Made by a program: the position numbers and the translations under genes. DNA of 62,980 nucleotides, the filler included, from Sphacelaria rigidula (lineage: Eukaryota), in the NCBI GenBank assembly GCA_964200075.2. It is 7 parts of 7 records of this genome, joined end to end, with 100 filler letters (N's around TTAATTAATTAA, not from the genome) between each part and the next. Parts side by side here need not be neighbours in the genome. Positions count along the whole stretch, not along the records: positions 9,014 to 17,925 come from CAXNAA020009770.1; positions 18,026 to 26,937 come from CAXNAA020009771.1; 5 more parts are not named here. The stretch is one strand, 5' to 3'. Under the pieces are notes generated by a model. The model did no database searches and was not told where the DNA came from. It saw only the letters and a program-made list of their open reading frames with translations. Positions within the stretch are counted from its first letter, which is position 1. Each line of letters begins with the position of its first letter. Shown piece by piece: positions 11,849 through 24,900 of this stretch.

Positions 11849-12904
11849 CTATGGCGATGATCTTATTCTTCCGAGTTGGACCCGGATGGACATGAATCAT
11901 AAATGCCAGCAGCCTTTACATGTGTTGTATTCGAAGATATCTGGCCACTGAGTCATGCTACGATAGGGGGAGGGGAGGGGGGGGTGTTCGATTTCACGAA
12001 ATATGGGCTCATGCATGCTTCAGACAACGTAACACACGCGCGGTGCGGCTGTACTCGAGAAAGAGCGCTGTAAAGCAGTATGAATCAGCATTATTCATCG
12101 GGATCAAGCGCGTTCGGAGAACCGCTGCTGCTGTCAACGACGATTGCAAGTAAAATTTCGTGGAAGAAAACGGCCCGAAATATCCCCCCCCCCCCCCTGT
12201 GAAGTAGAGAAGTCTGTCACCCTTGCTGTTCGAAGACTGGAGTGATATCTTCACAGGATCAAGACTTCTCTGCTGTAAACATGCGAGTAGTAGTGTGAAC
12301 TGGGAGGATGTCATCTAAAAATTCTAAAAAAAATGCAGGTGCAGACAAGTGCAGAGTCAAATCGAAGGTAGACACCCAGGAACTTACTAAGTAGTTTTGT
12401 TCCTGAGGGCCCACAGCTGGACGTGCAGTACCGTAGATGTATCAGATGCTGAAAGTGTTTAATTAATCTCTACTGTACTGTTGAAATCCAGAGCGATGGC
12501 GACAGAGTGACCGGTGGGGGCCAGGTTGCCCTCATCATGCTACGAAAAACATTATTTGAATAACAATCACACAAATCCATCCTGACTGTGTGACCCCGGC
12601 TGATGCGCCCGCATATACCGAAAGGTGTAGACTGGTGCCCAGAATAAATGCGACAACACACACACACAACTGCTTCAATAAGTGCGTACATGGTATATCG
12701 TTCAACCCTAATCACTCCACGTCATGCAACACGACAGCGACCGGGGACGTACTTGTGAATGTAACAGCTGATGGGCAGTTGATCAGATGGGCGCTCAATG
12801 ATTCGCCCATGATATACACTCCTCGTAACCTCTGGTCTCTATCTATAAAAAACTCACTAACTGCATTCCCCATCACATAACACCCCTTTATCTTGCATTT
12901 TTCA

Positions 12905-13215
12905 ATGGTGAGATAACCAAGAGACAGTGCAAAAGCCGTGGCTGTCTCTGGAAGTGGCAATACCGGAAAATGAATGAACCCATTGTAGGCTGTCATCCAA
13001 ATGCAATAAAATCAGTAGGCTTTGGGCCGAACAATCTTAGCAAGATGCAGCTCACCCTTCATGCGAGTCGCCCAACACACCACGGCGCTTCGCGCTTGGT
13101 GATTGAGTGCAAGCCTGGTCTGGCGAAAACACGGCGTGCTCCGCCCCAGCTTTGTAGGGATGCAAGATCAATGGTGTTATGACCATGGCATGCATGATCA
13201 CGAGTACACCCCCCT
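12905..13215 (+). mobile_element. SINE-like family A, full-length copy
   Basis: Starts ATGGTGAGATAACC and ends GAGTACACCCCCC. Degenerate TSD cccctttatcttgcat / cccctttcgttgcat. Confidence 0.85.
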
Positions 13216-13747
13216 TTCGTTGCATGACTCCACTGCTCGCGGGAGGCGAATTTTTTCAAGACACATTGTGGAAGACGTTTGTTGTAGTCAACACGTGTAA
13301 TTGCAAACTGCAGATCATACCACCTCGGAGTAGGCTTTGACTGCGGCGTTCGAGCTAAGCGAATGCGGTCCTCATGCTCGATAGATTCAAAGCCGCTAAA
13401 TCTACATAAACCTCCAGGATACCGCGCAGCACTGTTTTACGACACCGCGAGTCGGTAGTGCGAGCAGAGCTCACTAAGCATATATACTTGACGCACCATT
13501 TTCCAGATTCACTTCACAGGCACATATTCCCATCCCACCATCCGATATAAACACCACGTACGCGAATCCATACAAGAGAAAACATCTCCTAATCCACCAT
13601 GATATTTGAAGGCGGCAACACTAGCTTACATGTGCCGAGTCCCCTAACGACATGCTGCACAATACACGACGAAAAACAGGAAACATGGCGAGACAACGAT
13701 TTTCGAAGACCTGTACAACAATATACATCCATGCAACAGGCCGACCC

Positions 13748-16700
13748 TCAGCGTCTTCGTGACCGTTTGTTGCTACCACCATTATCCCCATCTTTCCTCT
13801 CTTCCTTCCTCCCTCTCTCGTCCCTCTCCCGCGTTTTCTTCGAGCGGTTCCAAGTGTCCTCATCCCCACCACCACGACTGTCCCTGCGGCTGCTGCTGCC
13901 GGTATCGTTATCTCCCCGCTCTCGACTACCCCTAGAATCACCAGTAGCACCACGACTACCTCTCTCTCGCGAATTTCGGCGGTCAGACTCTCGCCTGGTA
14001 CTACTTGTCTTATCCGACGATGAGCCAACACGCTGTTCCTTCTCACTCCTCCTTGTACCAGGCGTTTTTCTGTCCCTCTCCCGCTTGCTCGTATCGTCAG
14101 CTTTCCTCTGGCCATCACTTTTTTTACGATCTTCGTCACCTCCACCGCTACGACCGATCCTAGAACTTTCCTTATCACCAGCCGAGCTGTTCCGTCTGTC
14201 GTGATTGTCACGATCTCGGGATGACGCCTGACGTCGATCTCGACCGCTACGATTGCGCTCCCCTCCTCCCCGGCGTTCCCTGCTCCTGCTCCTTGACTCG
14301 CGACTGTGGTGACGGGATTTGCTATTACGAGAGTCCGTTTTTGATGAGCTGCCGTGTCGTCGACTGCGGCTGCGACTTCGAGATCTGCGCTTCTCGTCCC
14401 GACGATCAGTGGTGTCTTTGCTCCGCCTAGAATCGGAGCTCTTTTCCGCACTCCGCCTACGCTTGCTCGGCGTGGATGGCTTCCGATTGCCTTCTCCGAC
14501 TTTGTCCGCCGTTTTACCATCATCACCAGTGGTACTCGCTTTTTCACCCGCTGCCACGCCCAGGAAATCCTCATCGTCCACTTTTTCCAAGTCACTTCCG
14601 CTATCCAGGTCTGACAGGTCATCAGACGACTGTGAAACACCGCCGCCACTCCCCTGCTGCGGTGAGTCGCCCATACCGTCAACTTCAGGGCTAGCTCGTG
14701 CATCGGCTCCTTTGCCGTCCCTAACAGGCAGGATTCCATCACCAGCCGGGTCCTGTCCTCGAGAGTGCATCACGGCCAACTGGTAGTGCCCCTTCATGAG
14801 CCGCGCGCGCTTCAGACGATTGGCTCTTCGTGTTTCAGCGGTATCCTCACTAGCAGCCTCCGACCCCAATTCATCGTCTCCAGCTTCGTCGTCTTCGTCG
14901 ATATTGTTGGATGCATCACCCGCACCGTTAGCCTCGCTATCCAAACAATCCGACACATCGTCGTCGTCCCTACTTTGCGCCAGAGCCACCGCCAACTTAG
15001 TACGCAGCTCGACGGCATGCGCACGCGATGCACTCAGCTCTTCGTCGTCGCCCGTATTTTCCAACACGTTTTGAACGCCGCCGGATAGGTCGCCGTTTCG
15101 CACAACTTCACCACTGGCACCAGTGCCGCCGCTCACATCATCAGATTTTGCCACCCCTTGCTCAGGTTCTGCGTCATTTTCGGTGCGTTGGCGATCTCCT
15201 GCGTCTGCGTCGCCACTACGCTCACCTTCCGAAGTAGTAGCCACACTAACGTGATCCACCCCAAGGTTGACAGCATGGTCCACCTTGATCACTGCTGCTT
15301 GCTCCGACACAATTTTCGCCGTCGGCGGAGGAGCACGTGCGCCATCGGGCTGCGTAACGGTGCGTGGCTGCGTCCCTTGGCCCGCTGGTATCCCACTGCC
15401 ATTGGAACTGGTCGTGGGTGGCGCTCCCTTCTTGGCCGCAGCGAGTCCCGCTCTGTAGAACGGGTGGAACTTATTGCTTGGCTGAAGAAAGTCGAATGCG
15501 GGATTATTTTTCTCCCTGAGGAAGAGGTATAGCGGGGATGGGAGCAACGCACGCGGAGAATTGGAAAGCGATCGATAGCGTCGGCGAATATCCCGATCAT
15601 TGCTGAGGAGATATGAAAGAAGAAGGCATAACGTGTGAGGTCGATCGGTAGCGGCCCGTGTTGGCACCCCTGCCAATTCCAGCGGATTGCAGCCCATACC
15701 ATCGATACAAACACCCCGTAAATACAAACCAACGACTTTCAAGTATCTGCTGAAGCACGAGACAAAACGGAGCGACAGCCTTCCAAAACCACATTTTCTG
15801 GTACATTGAGGAGTTTTCCTTCTACACCCCCCCGTTTTTATCCAACCAGGCGCATGGTTTTGTATTTGAATTCTATCGTAACAATGCCCACATTCCAACA
15901 ACCAACAACACCCAGCACATTACGGCTCAGTTTTCCGCACGACGAAACATCCACTGGAGAAGCTCAAGTCTCAAGGCAAGGCGTGAAGTACAGGTGTTTT
16001 ACTGATAACCACGGTAACTGATGTCAAGGCTACACATCGTCGGTATGTTGCATGACACAGTTGATTGCTGCCTGCGAACAGTGGGAAACGTGGGTTGTCG
16101 TGGATTTCGGATACTGGTTACGGCACAGGGACGCGAAACACAGACGCCGTGCAGATCGAGTGGATATTGAGCACAAGATAGTTCGACCGTGGGGGAGGGA
16201 TGGGACATCTCTGTCCTGAACACTAGCCCTCTCCCTTCCCCCCGTTGTTTGCCTCCAATAATATCTAACATGTTGGCCGAAAAACCGTCATAAAATCAGT
16301 ATGCAGGCTTTTTCAACCGGCTGAAATAGGTGCAGGAGGGACCCGAAACAAGTACACGTGAACTGATCTTTTCCTAGACCCCTTCTACAGGGTGCGGTGT
16401 GGTCTCCGAGCAACTTCAGAGTTAGTCGCGTCGTTGTTGTTTTGCCCACCACATCAGTGCGTTCAATCTGACTCGCGGTCAACGCGTGCCAATCTCCGAA
16501 CACACATGGTACACAGCCACTGCAAGCCCAGTAACCGAATCTCCAACACATGAGAGGCCTGACTACGTCTAGTAGCTTTTTTGCTCCGACTGAGGGAGTC
16601 CACTTCACCACCTCGAGTTTGGGTTCGAGCGAACAAGTCAAAAACACAAAAAGTGTGGCATGATGCATTTGTTTTCAATCACATGCTTGCTATGTAATGG

Positions 16701-17228
16701 AAGAATTCAATTATCGTGTGTGGCATTGTAAAACTCATGAAACGGGGGAACGCCAAGGGACACACAGAACGACTCCACCGCCCCTTGCGACACCGTTCTT
16801 GCGGCTCACTTTGCTTTGACGCGGTCTTCGAACACCTGACCATTTCTCGCGACAAATCCCACCATCTTCGCAATAACTATTCGCTTCGCATCGTCCGGCT
16901 CTGCCACGGCCCCGTGCAGCTCCTGTGATTCCCCCGCCTGCTCACCAGCAACCCCCGCCTTTACCGCCGCCTTGTCCTTTCCTGGATCCGACGGTGACGC
17001 TGCCGTTGCCATTCTTTTCGGAATGGTCGGTTTGGCGGCTTTGCCCACGACAGCAGGTGCAGTATTAGCACCAGTTGATGCGGAAGGGCGGTTGTTCTTC
17101 ATTTCATTGTCATCATCATCATCGTTATCATCATCTGACGAGTCGTATGCACCGCCGAGAAGATTGGGGGCGTTGTCTTCTGATTCAGGATCATCGGAGT
17201 CGCCCTCGCTCCGCCTGCTGGAAGCAAC
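13748..17228 (-). CDS. SFSWAP: SWAP/surp-domain, RS-rich splicing factor (suppressor of white apricot-like), last two exons
   Basis: Exons 17228-16810 and 15515-13748 join in phase 2 to complete a surp motif IAKMVGFVARNGQVFEDRVKAK/EKNNPAFDFLQPSNKFHPFYR. Also RRANRLKRARLM and a long RS/RD/RE tail. Confidence 0.8.
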
Positions 17229-18398
17229 CTGTGGCGCGGCTAGTGGATGCACAGCACGCGAAAAAGAGACAGCAGGATCACAGCAAGAAGGGGAGGACGT
17301 GACAGTGCACACATCAACAGGGCGACGGTCGGGCAAGGCGAGGCGCGGACAGAAGGGGAGGGATGATTTCGTTAAAAGGCGCACACACGGTAGTTCGCGA
17401 GATTCCGATGATATGTGCCATGATCGAAGTATAGTGATCCCTCTTTCTGGAATAACACGGGTATGAAATGCAACCTTTGGGCCCACCTTGAGTTGTCACG
17501 CACAGCAGGTGTTACAGAGAAGCTGATCGTACCTCTTGAAGGGGTTGAGGCCACAGGCAGTAAGCATCGCGCCACTGCCCTGCCCCAAAGGGTCACAAAA
17601 ATCAGGGGCATCACACGAGGAGCCGCATTCCACGGGCTGTACTCTGTATTCCCAACATAGCTCCATTTCGGACGACCGTTGGGTTGATAATAGATACAAG
17701 CACTACGAGTCCCAATCACCAAAGCAATTAGCTCCGACGTATGCGCTACATGAGGCACACGTTCTCCTTTCTGCGTGGAACATGAAAACACGATGGGAGG
17801 ACAAGGCAACATTCGCACCCATAGGGCACACGCTTTGCAGCACGCCCCCCCCCCCCCCCCCCCCCCCCCCCCCCACCCCCCCCTCGCGCGCGCCGCTTCG
17901 CCTCATCCCCCCACCCCTCTCCCTCNNNNNNNNNNNNNNNNNNNNNNNNNNNNNNNNNNNNNNNNNNNNTTAATTAATTAANNNNNNNNNNNNNNNNNNN
18001 NNNNNNNNNNNNNNNNNNNNNNNNNATGACAAGCAGGTACCGGCGGAGGGCTGGGTTGATCCCTTGAGACCACGGACTCATCCCGAGGAAGGGGAGGGGT
18101 TCAAAGTGTAAGGGAAGAAAGACTGTCACCGTACCTATACCATAAACCGCCATACACAAAAGGAAGTCACGGACCGACAAACACAATAGACATGATGAAA
18201 CCTGAATAACGAATTTTGTTTCCCCCCAGAAACACACAATATGGATATAGACATGATATAACAAAGCTGGCCTTTCCCCCCCCCTCCCCCTTACTTTTCC
18301 TGGTTCTGTGTCATTTCCCTTCCTTTTCGTTTTTTCCTTCTTCCTTTTCCTTCTTCCTTTTCCTCTTACTCTACATCTTTTCCTTTTTTTTTGCGCTA

Positions 18399-19050
18399 TC
18401 ATAACACAGCCCAGACATGTAAATGGAATGACAAAGCTAACCCTCCTTTTTCTTTAACCTACCATAACACGGCACGGACATGGACATGGAATGAAGAAGC
18501 TAATCATCCCTTTTCTTTAACCTGCCATAACAAAGCCCGGGCATAGGCATGAAATAGAGCAGCTAACCCTCCTTTTTCTTTAACCTACCATAACACAGCC
18601 CGGACATAGACATGTAATGAAGAAGCTAACCCTCCCTTTTCTTTAACTTAACATAACACAGCCCGGACATGGGCATGGAATAGAGAAGCTAACCATCCTT
18701 TTTCTTGAACCTACCATAACACACCCCGGACATAGACATGAAATGAAGCAGCTAATCATCTTTTTTCTTCAACCTACCATAACACACCCCGGACATAGAT
18801 ATGAAAAAAAGAAGCTAACCCTGTTTTTTCTTTAACCTGCCATAACACAGCCCGGACATGGGCATGAAACAAAGAGGCGAACCCTGTTTTTCCTTCCATC
18901 TACCATAACACAGCCTGGACATAGTCATGAAATGAAGAAGCTAACCCTGTTTTTCCTTTCATCTACCATAACACAGAAAGGATGTAGAAATTAAATAAAG
19001 AAGCTAACCCTCCTTTTTCTTCGACCTACCATAACACAGCACGGATGCAG
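18399..19050 (+). repeat. 63-bp tandem minisatellite, about 10.5 units
   Basis: CCATAACACAGCCCGGACATAGACATGAAATGAAGAAGCTAACCCTCCTTTTTCTTTAACCTA recurs every 63 bp (18525, 18588, 18651, 18714 ... 19029). Confidence 0.95.
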
Positions 19051-19364
19051 GCGTAAAACAGCGAGTAAAAACAGATCTACTTCCTCATGTCAAGACAGCA
19101 ACCGAGATTCTTCCCCCCATATCATAACAAAGGTAAGACAAGAATAACACCAAAACCTAGTCATGTAAGTAATAACGTCAAGGGTGACCACCTTTCACGC
19201 AAATCGAGATAGCAAAGTACATAGCAAGTACGGATAGGGTAGGGTCATCACCTCCTCCATGTCAAATTCACATGGAGGTTGGGGTCTCGTGGTGAGACAC
19301 CCGTGAAACCTTACCGGTTTCCAGTGGGCGGTGGAAATCTGGTCAACCATTTTCCTGAAATTTC

Positions 19365-21134
19365 CAGGGATATACACGTTACACTTGCCATACCTTTACA
19401 CCTTACGTTCATGTTACGTTCTGACCGAAACGTAACGTGAACGTAAAAATCATTCTACGTGAGGAACGTAACGTGAACGTAACGTGAACGTAACGTTTAA
19501 TTTTTAAATGAAAGGTGAACGTAACGCTAAATTATTTTGACATGACATGCGTACCGTAACGTGAACGTGAAATTGCCCGAACGTTCACAACACGTATTAC
19601 GAAACGTTTCGCGTAACGTGTAACATCTATTACACGTTACGCGTGTTCTAGACGTAACACGTTACACGAAGCGTCAATTACGTTACACGCTACATGAAAA
19701 GTCATGAATACGTTACATGAAGCGGTGACACTTCAAGATTGCGATGAATTTTCAAATCCTACAAGATTGTGCTTCAATAAAAACCAGTGAGATTGGATGA
19801 CCATGGTATAGGACATATTATTTCAGCAAGTTCGCGCGCTCCGCGCCGCCTCACACATTATAAGCTATCGTGACAGCATAACATCATTACATCATAATCG
19901 TCCTGACCACACTCATATCGAGATACCGGGTGTAACGTACAGGTGCACGTGGCGATCACGTGCACCAGTACATGACATGGATCCAGGGGGGGGAACGGCA
20001 GGTCCACAACGAGGGGGTGCCGCAGTAGCCTCCAGCTAATCTCGGCCGTTGCCTACAGCTGCAGCATCTGATGCGGGACTCGCCTGCCTCGTGGGCGATG
20101 ACTTGCTGTGTGCAGTTAACATGTATGTAGTGGGCGGGGATGGAGAAGCGGTATATAGGCGGTCGATCTCGGTAGCTGAGAATTGCCCAGAACGTGCAAG
20201 GGAGTATGCAGCGGCAGCTGCTGCTGCAGTTGGAGAGGCGTACTGCACTGCACTGTACTATACTGTATGTATGCGCGCCGCAACGCTGATACTCTTCGAA
20301 GAGAATTTGCCGCATGCAACAAAGAGTGAAATGGCGCCCCACCCCGACCACAAAGGGCTGTGTGGCAAGGTGACGGGACAATAATATCATCCAAAGCCAC
20401 AAGTAGTGGCGGGCGGCCCGCCGGTCGCCGCATCCTGTTGGAAGCTCTCTACCGCGACCCATACTGCTTGCTACATCAGATGTACATGGCCTAATGCGCA
20501 CCCTGCACCTAAAAATAGATTAGATGAAAGTTCCGTTCGTCCTCATAACCCTGCGGTTACATATGCGGATTTTCAGCAACACGTCACTGTTTCGTGCAGG
20601 TACGTCATTCCCAACCAGCCTCATGGTCGTTCTGGTGGCCCGGTCCCAAAAGGGTCAATACATGTATCATGTATACAGATCAAAATGAATGAACGATACA
20701 TGGTAGAGGAAGTAACGTTACACAACAATCAGAAAATTCGCCTACGTTCAAACATACGACGGGCCAACGTAAGCGTCACGTACACGGTGACGTCACGCGT
20801 CACACGACAAGTTACAACGCCTTGAACACTGGTCAATGAGCCGCGACATGCACAGAATGAAACGTTACATTCGAACGTTACACGTGTCAACGTAACGTTA
20901 TACTAGACGTTACACGTTACATGCAACGTTTCATATTACCTTACATGTAACGTAACGTAACGTTAACTTTGTTTATGTAGTGAACATAACGTGAACGTAA
21001 CGTTAAAATTTCAAATGAAACGTTCGCGTAACGTCAATTTGTTTATAAGTGACATACGTCACGTAACGTGAATGCCATTTTTTTTCACGTGATGAACGTA
21101 ACATGAACGTGATTGTGTAACGTGTAGGTTCCTG
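19365..21134. mobile_element. Non-autonomous hAT-type DNA transposon (1770 bp)
   Basis: TIRs CAGGGATATACACGTTACAC / GTGTAACGTGTAGGTTCCTG. Perfect 8-bp TSD GAAATTTC at 19357-19364 and 21135-21142. Dense ACGTAACGTGA subterminal repeats at both ends. Confidence 0.9.
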
Positions 21135-21929
21135 GAAATTTCCGACATCAGGTGTAAAACGTGCCTAGTGAAGGGAAGGGGTGGATAATGCATGACATAA
21201 ACGTCAAGACCTACTGCACTCACGAAACAAACACCTTACCAATGACCGGCTACATGACCCACGAGAACGAGCACCAAGCGATACGTAGACTTCTTGAGAT
21301 CTTGAAGGATAGAAGCCGGTACAAAGTGTGGGGTAATCGTTGGCCAAGCTTTCGGCAGCGAAGGTCTACCCGGAAGCATTCGTGGAGTAGCGACCCATAG
21401 TGAACCGTACACGGAGTGCGAAAAGTGATGTACGGGACATCCCGATGTGAGGAAGACCTCGTATTATGGAAGCCGCCCTTGAACCTTACGCAGCGAAAAT
21501 GACCTCCCTGGAGGAAGGTAACCAGTGCGACAGCGGGGCAAGAAGATAGAAGATACACTCGTGGGAGAACTGGATGGTTCACCATGAAGGTCGCCTGGCA
21601 CAAATGTGGGGTACTTGTGTCAAAGGTGAAACTTGGCTTCATGCTACGAGCCCGTGTTGGAGGCATCATTTNNNNNNNNNNGTTCACCATGAAGGTCGCC
21701 TGGCACAAATGTGGGGTACTTGTGTCAAAGGTGTTGAACTTGGCTTCATGCTACGAGCCCGTGTTGGAGGCATCATTTAGTGTCGATGAGCCAGCAAAAT
21801 AACTGAAAGGCACCAGATCCACATCAAGTACTAGGATTGGGATGTCCTAGTACGTTGATTCTATCCCGCCAATACACTCGAAATGATTAGGCTGGAGATT
21901 ATCTCGGAAGAGATCGAGAGAGAGGCGGT

Positions 21930-24900
21930 GAGGAAGGGCGGATGGAGAACTAAAGAGTGGACGGGTAAAGCATTAGTAGTGCTGATATTCGGAGTTCATC
22001 GCGATACTACGAGAATAGAGTTTTAAAGAAATGCGATGAAGTTGGATTACACTGTTCGACAACAGGAAAAATAGAAAGGGGGGGAGAACACTTCTGAGTC
22101 ACAGTAGAACAGAGCGCGAGTAAGGAGTGGTGGAGGATAGAGACAAGTAATGTGTCGACATGGGTTAGAAGGGTAGGATGAAAAGTATGCATGACTAATG
22201 GAACAACAAGCCCAAGACGTAGTCCGCAGGGAAACGAAGGGGGAGAGAGGCAGGAACAGGTAAGTGCCCGGAAGGGGAAGGCGATGGGACATGGCGGCCC
22301 GAAGCAAAGGGACAAAGATCAAACCGGAAAAGGAAAGCACAATCAATCGAGGGAAAGTAGAAGTAATAGCGACAGAGAGAAAAAAGTAGACAACAGGAGA
22401 GCAGATAATGATTCGGAAAAAAAAGTTGAGAATAGGATCGTGGAACTTGTGTGGATTCGCCACAGACAAGCGCAAAATAAAAGAGATAACTCTACGAGTG
22501 AGTAAACGTGACCTATATATAGTAGAAATCCAAGAGTAATGGGAGAAAAGGGGGGGCGGGGCGGAAATAGGATGCAAAATTGAAGAGTTCGCGTGGATAG
22601 GGAAAGAGTGGACGTGACAGAACCCTACCAGCCGGGGAGCGGGGGGAGTAGGACTTTTGTCAAGGAATACCTTTGTGACATTATAGAAGTGATCGACGAC
22701 ACGAAGTTCGACGAAAGCATAGGGATAAGGGTACCAGGAGAGCGGGGAACGAAGGACCTTTCGTAGCGAACATCTACATGCCCCCAGAGTCGAAGAGTAG
22801 GGTGAATGATATACAGCGGAGGTTTGAAGAGATAGTAGCAGATGTACATTAATATAAAAGGCAAGGAGAAGGAACGTTAGTGAGAGATTTTAATGCAAGG
22901 GGAAATAAGAAGAGCACGAATGGGGGTAGAAATGCTGAAATATCTTGAGCGTAACGAGATGAAGACGCTGAACGATAGTGAACAGAAACCAGAGGCGCAA
23001 TAGACATGCACTAGCAGATGCAAAAACGAGAGAGAACGCTCCGTTCTTGACTATACAGTGGTAGAGCATGGAAATAGTAAGAAAATGGACGTACAAGTAT
23101 GCGCGGAGGACGTGGAAACTGCATATTATTGCCTATTATGGACAGAAAGCCAACAGACGACAGCTAAAGTTAAAAGGCGGGGTAGGAAGTTGTACAAACG
23201 GAGAGCCGATAAACTAGATATGGTAGAAAAACGACAAGAGTTCCAAGACGAGATGGCCAAAAATGCAGCGAAATTTTCCCAGTTGTTAAAACGCGTCGGT
23301 ACAGTTGATACCGAAGTGGAAAGGGATAGGGCAGGAGAGAAGACTATGATAGGATGGAAGGGAGCAGTTGGTCAACAAAACAGCGAGTAAAGTCATAGGG
23401 AAGAAACGGATCGTATGCAAGACACTTTCTACGATAGCCCCCCCCAAAAAAGTGCATGGTTTTGGAAGGCAAAATCTTCACATAAATCGAAATGGGAAAA
23501 GCCGAGCGGAACGAGCAGCTGGGAATTCCCACGCTTGGGTTCGTTTCAGCCAATGTCGCCGATATGAGGGGCTTCATGCAGCCTGAGCCCCAGCATCAGG
23601 CGCTGTATGGCCATTTTTTTGTGACACTTTTGGGCTAGTTTTTGGGGGGGCTATCGTAGAAGGTGTCGCAACAGAGCAATAAAATGGTGGGATGATGAAG
23701 TAAAAGAGGCTAGAAGAGTAAGGAGAGAGGCCCACGCAAGATGCATATCGAGTAAAACGTCGGCAGGATGGGAGGAGTACACTGAAGCTCGAAAGGAAGT
23801 GAAAAATATGGTACAGAAGAAAAAGAAGGAAGAATGGGAAGATGTAGTGGACAAAACAAATGAATATTTCGATGGCAGGATGAAACAAATGTGGGTAGGG
23901 ATAAAAGGGATAACGAGAGACCAGGCAGGAAAAATAGACAAGGAAATAGCCACACTACGGGCACAGAACGGTATAACGGTCAGTAGTTCGAAGGGGGAGA
24001 GAGAAGTGCTAGTCGAGCACTCCCGTAAACTAGGAACACCAAAAACTAACACGAAGTTCGACATGATATTCGAAAAATAAATTGACGCGTGGGCAGAGGA
24101 AAATCTAAAGACGTCAAAACGAGAAGATAGTGGCTCGAAAGAGTTGCAGAGAGAGTTCACCAGAGATGAAGTGAAGGAGTGCGTAGCTAACATCAAGAAC
24201 AGAAAGCCAGCAGGGGTAGACGAAATAGTGAATGGATTTCTAGAGTACGGGGGAGAGGGAATGATTACCGTGATGGTTATGCTGTGTAACTGGATATGGG
24301 AAAACGAGTACACACCCAAGAGGTGGAGAGGAGGAATCGTAGTCAACTTTTTCAAAAAAGGAAAGAAGGCCGACCCAGGAAGGTGCCGAGGGATAGCGCT
24401 ACTGAGCACGGTAGGGAAAACGTTCTGTAAGATTCTGAACGATAGAGTGGGAACGATGCTAGGAAAGGACGAACAAATCAGCGAAGGACAAGCATTATTT
24501 ACACCCAACCGTAGTTGCGTAAGCCATGTTTGCACATTAGGTAAGGTTATTCAAGGTAGGAAAGACGGCAGGCTGACAACGTAGTGTTTAATTCTGGACG
24601 TGCAAAAGGCTTATAACACAGTATGGAGATTTGGGCTATGGAAAAAGTTGTCGGAAGCTGGGATCAGAGGAAAGATGTGGAGAATGGTAAAGAAGACGAC
24701 ATATTGTACCAAAAGTGCTATGATGCTAGACGGGGAAATAACGAAATATTTTCATAGTTTACAAGAAGTTGCACAAGGATGTACGCTATCATCCAATCTA
24801 TTCAAGGTATTCATTAATGGCCTGATAATAGCAATAGAAGCAGCGAAGCAACGGCTCAAGGTCGGTAAAGACATGATATCAAGATCAATATTCGTGGACG

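Noticed and set aside
13599-15732. Several long overlapping or antisense ORFs over the SWAP exon (likewise over 48752-50736 and 36348-37254)
   Set aside because: These are shadow frames of GC-rich, low-complexity coding exons.
15516-15901. N-terminal part of the 717-aa ORF
   Set aside because: It lies upstream of the acceptor at 15516-15517 and is intron read-through; the surp motif is completed by the upstream exon.
18399-19050. CRISPR-like array
   Set aside because: Whole 63-bp units repeat with no unique spacers, no cas genes are present, and the context is eukaryotic.
21576-21780. ~100-bp direct duplication
   Set aside because: The near-identical copies flank a 10-N gap, typical of unmerged contig overlap.
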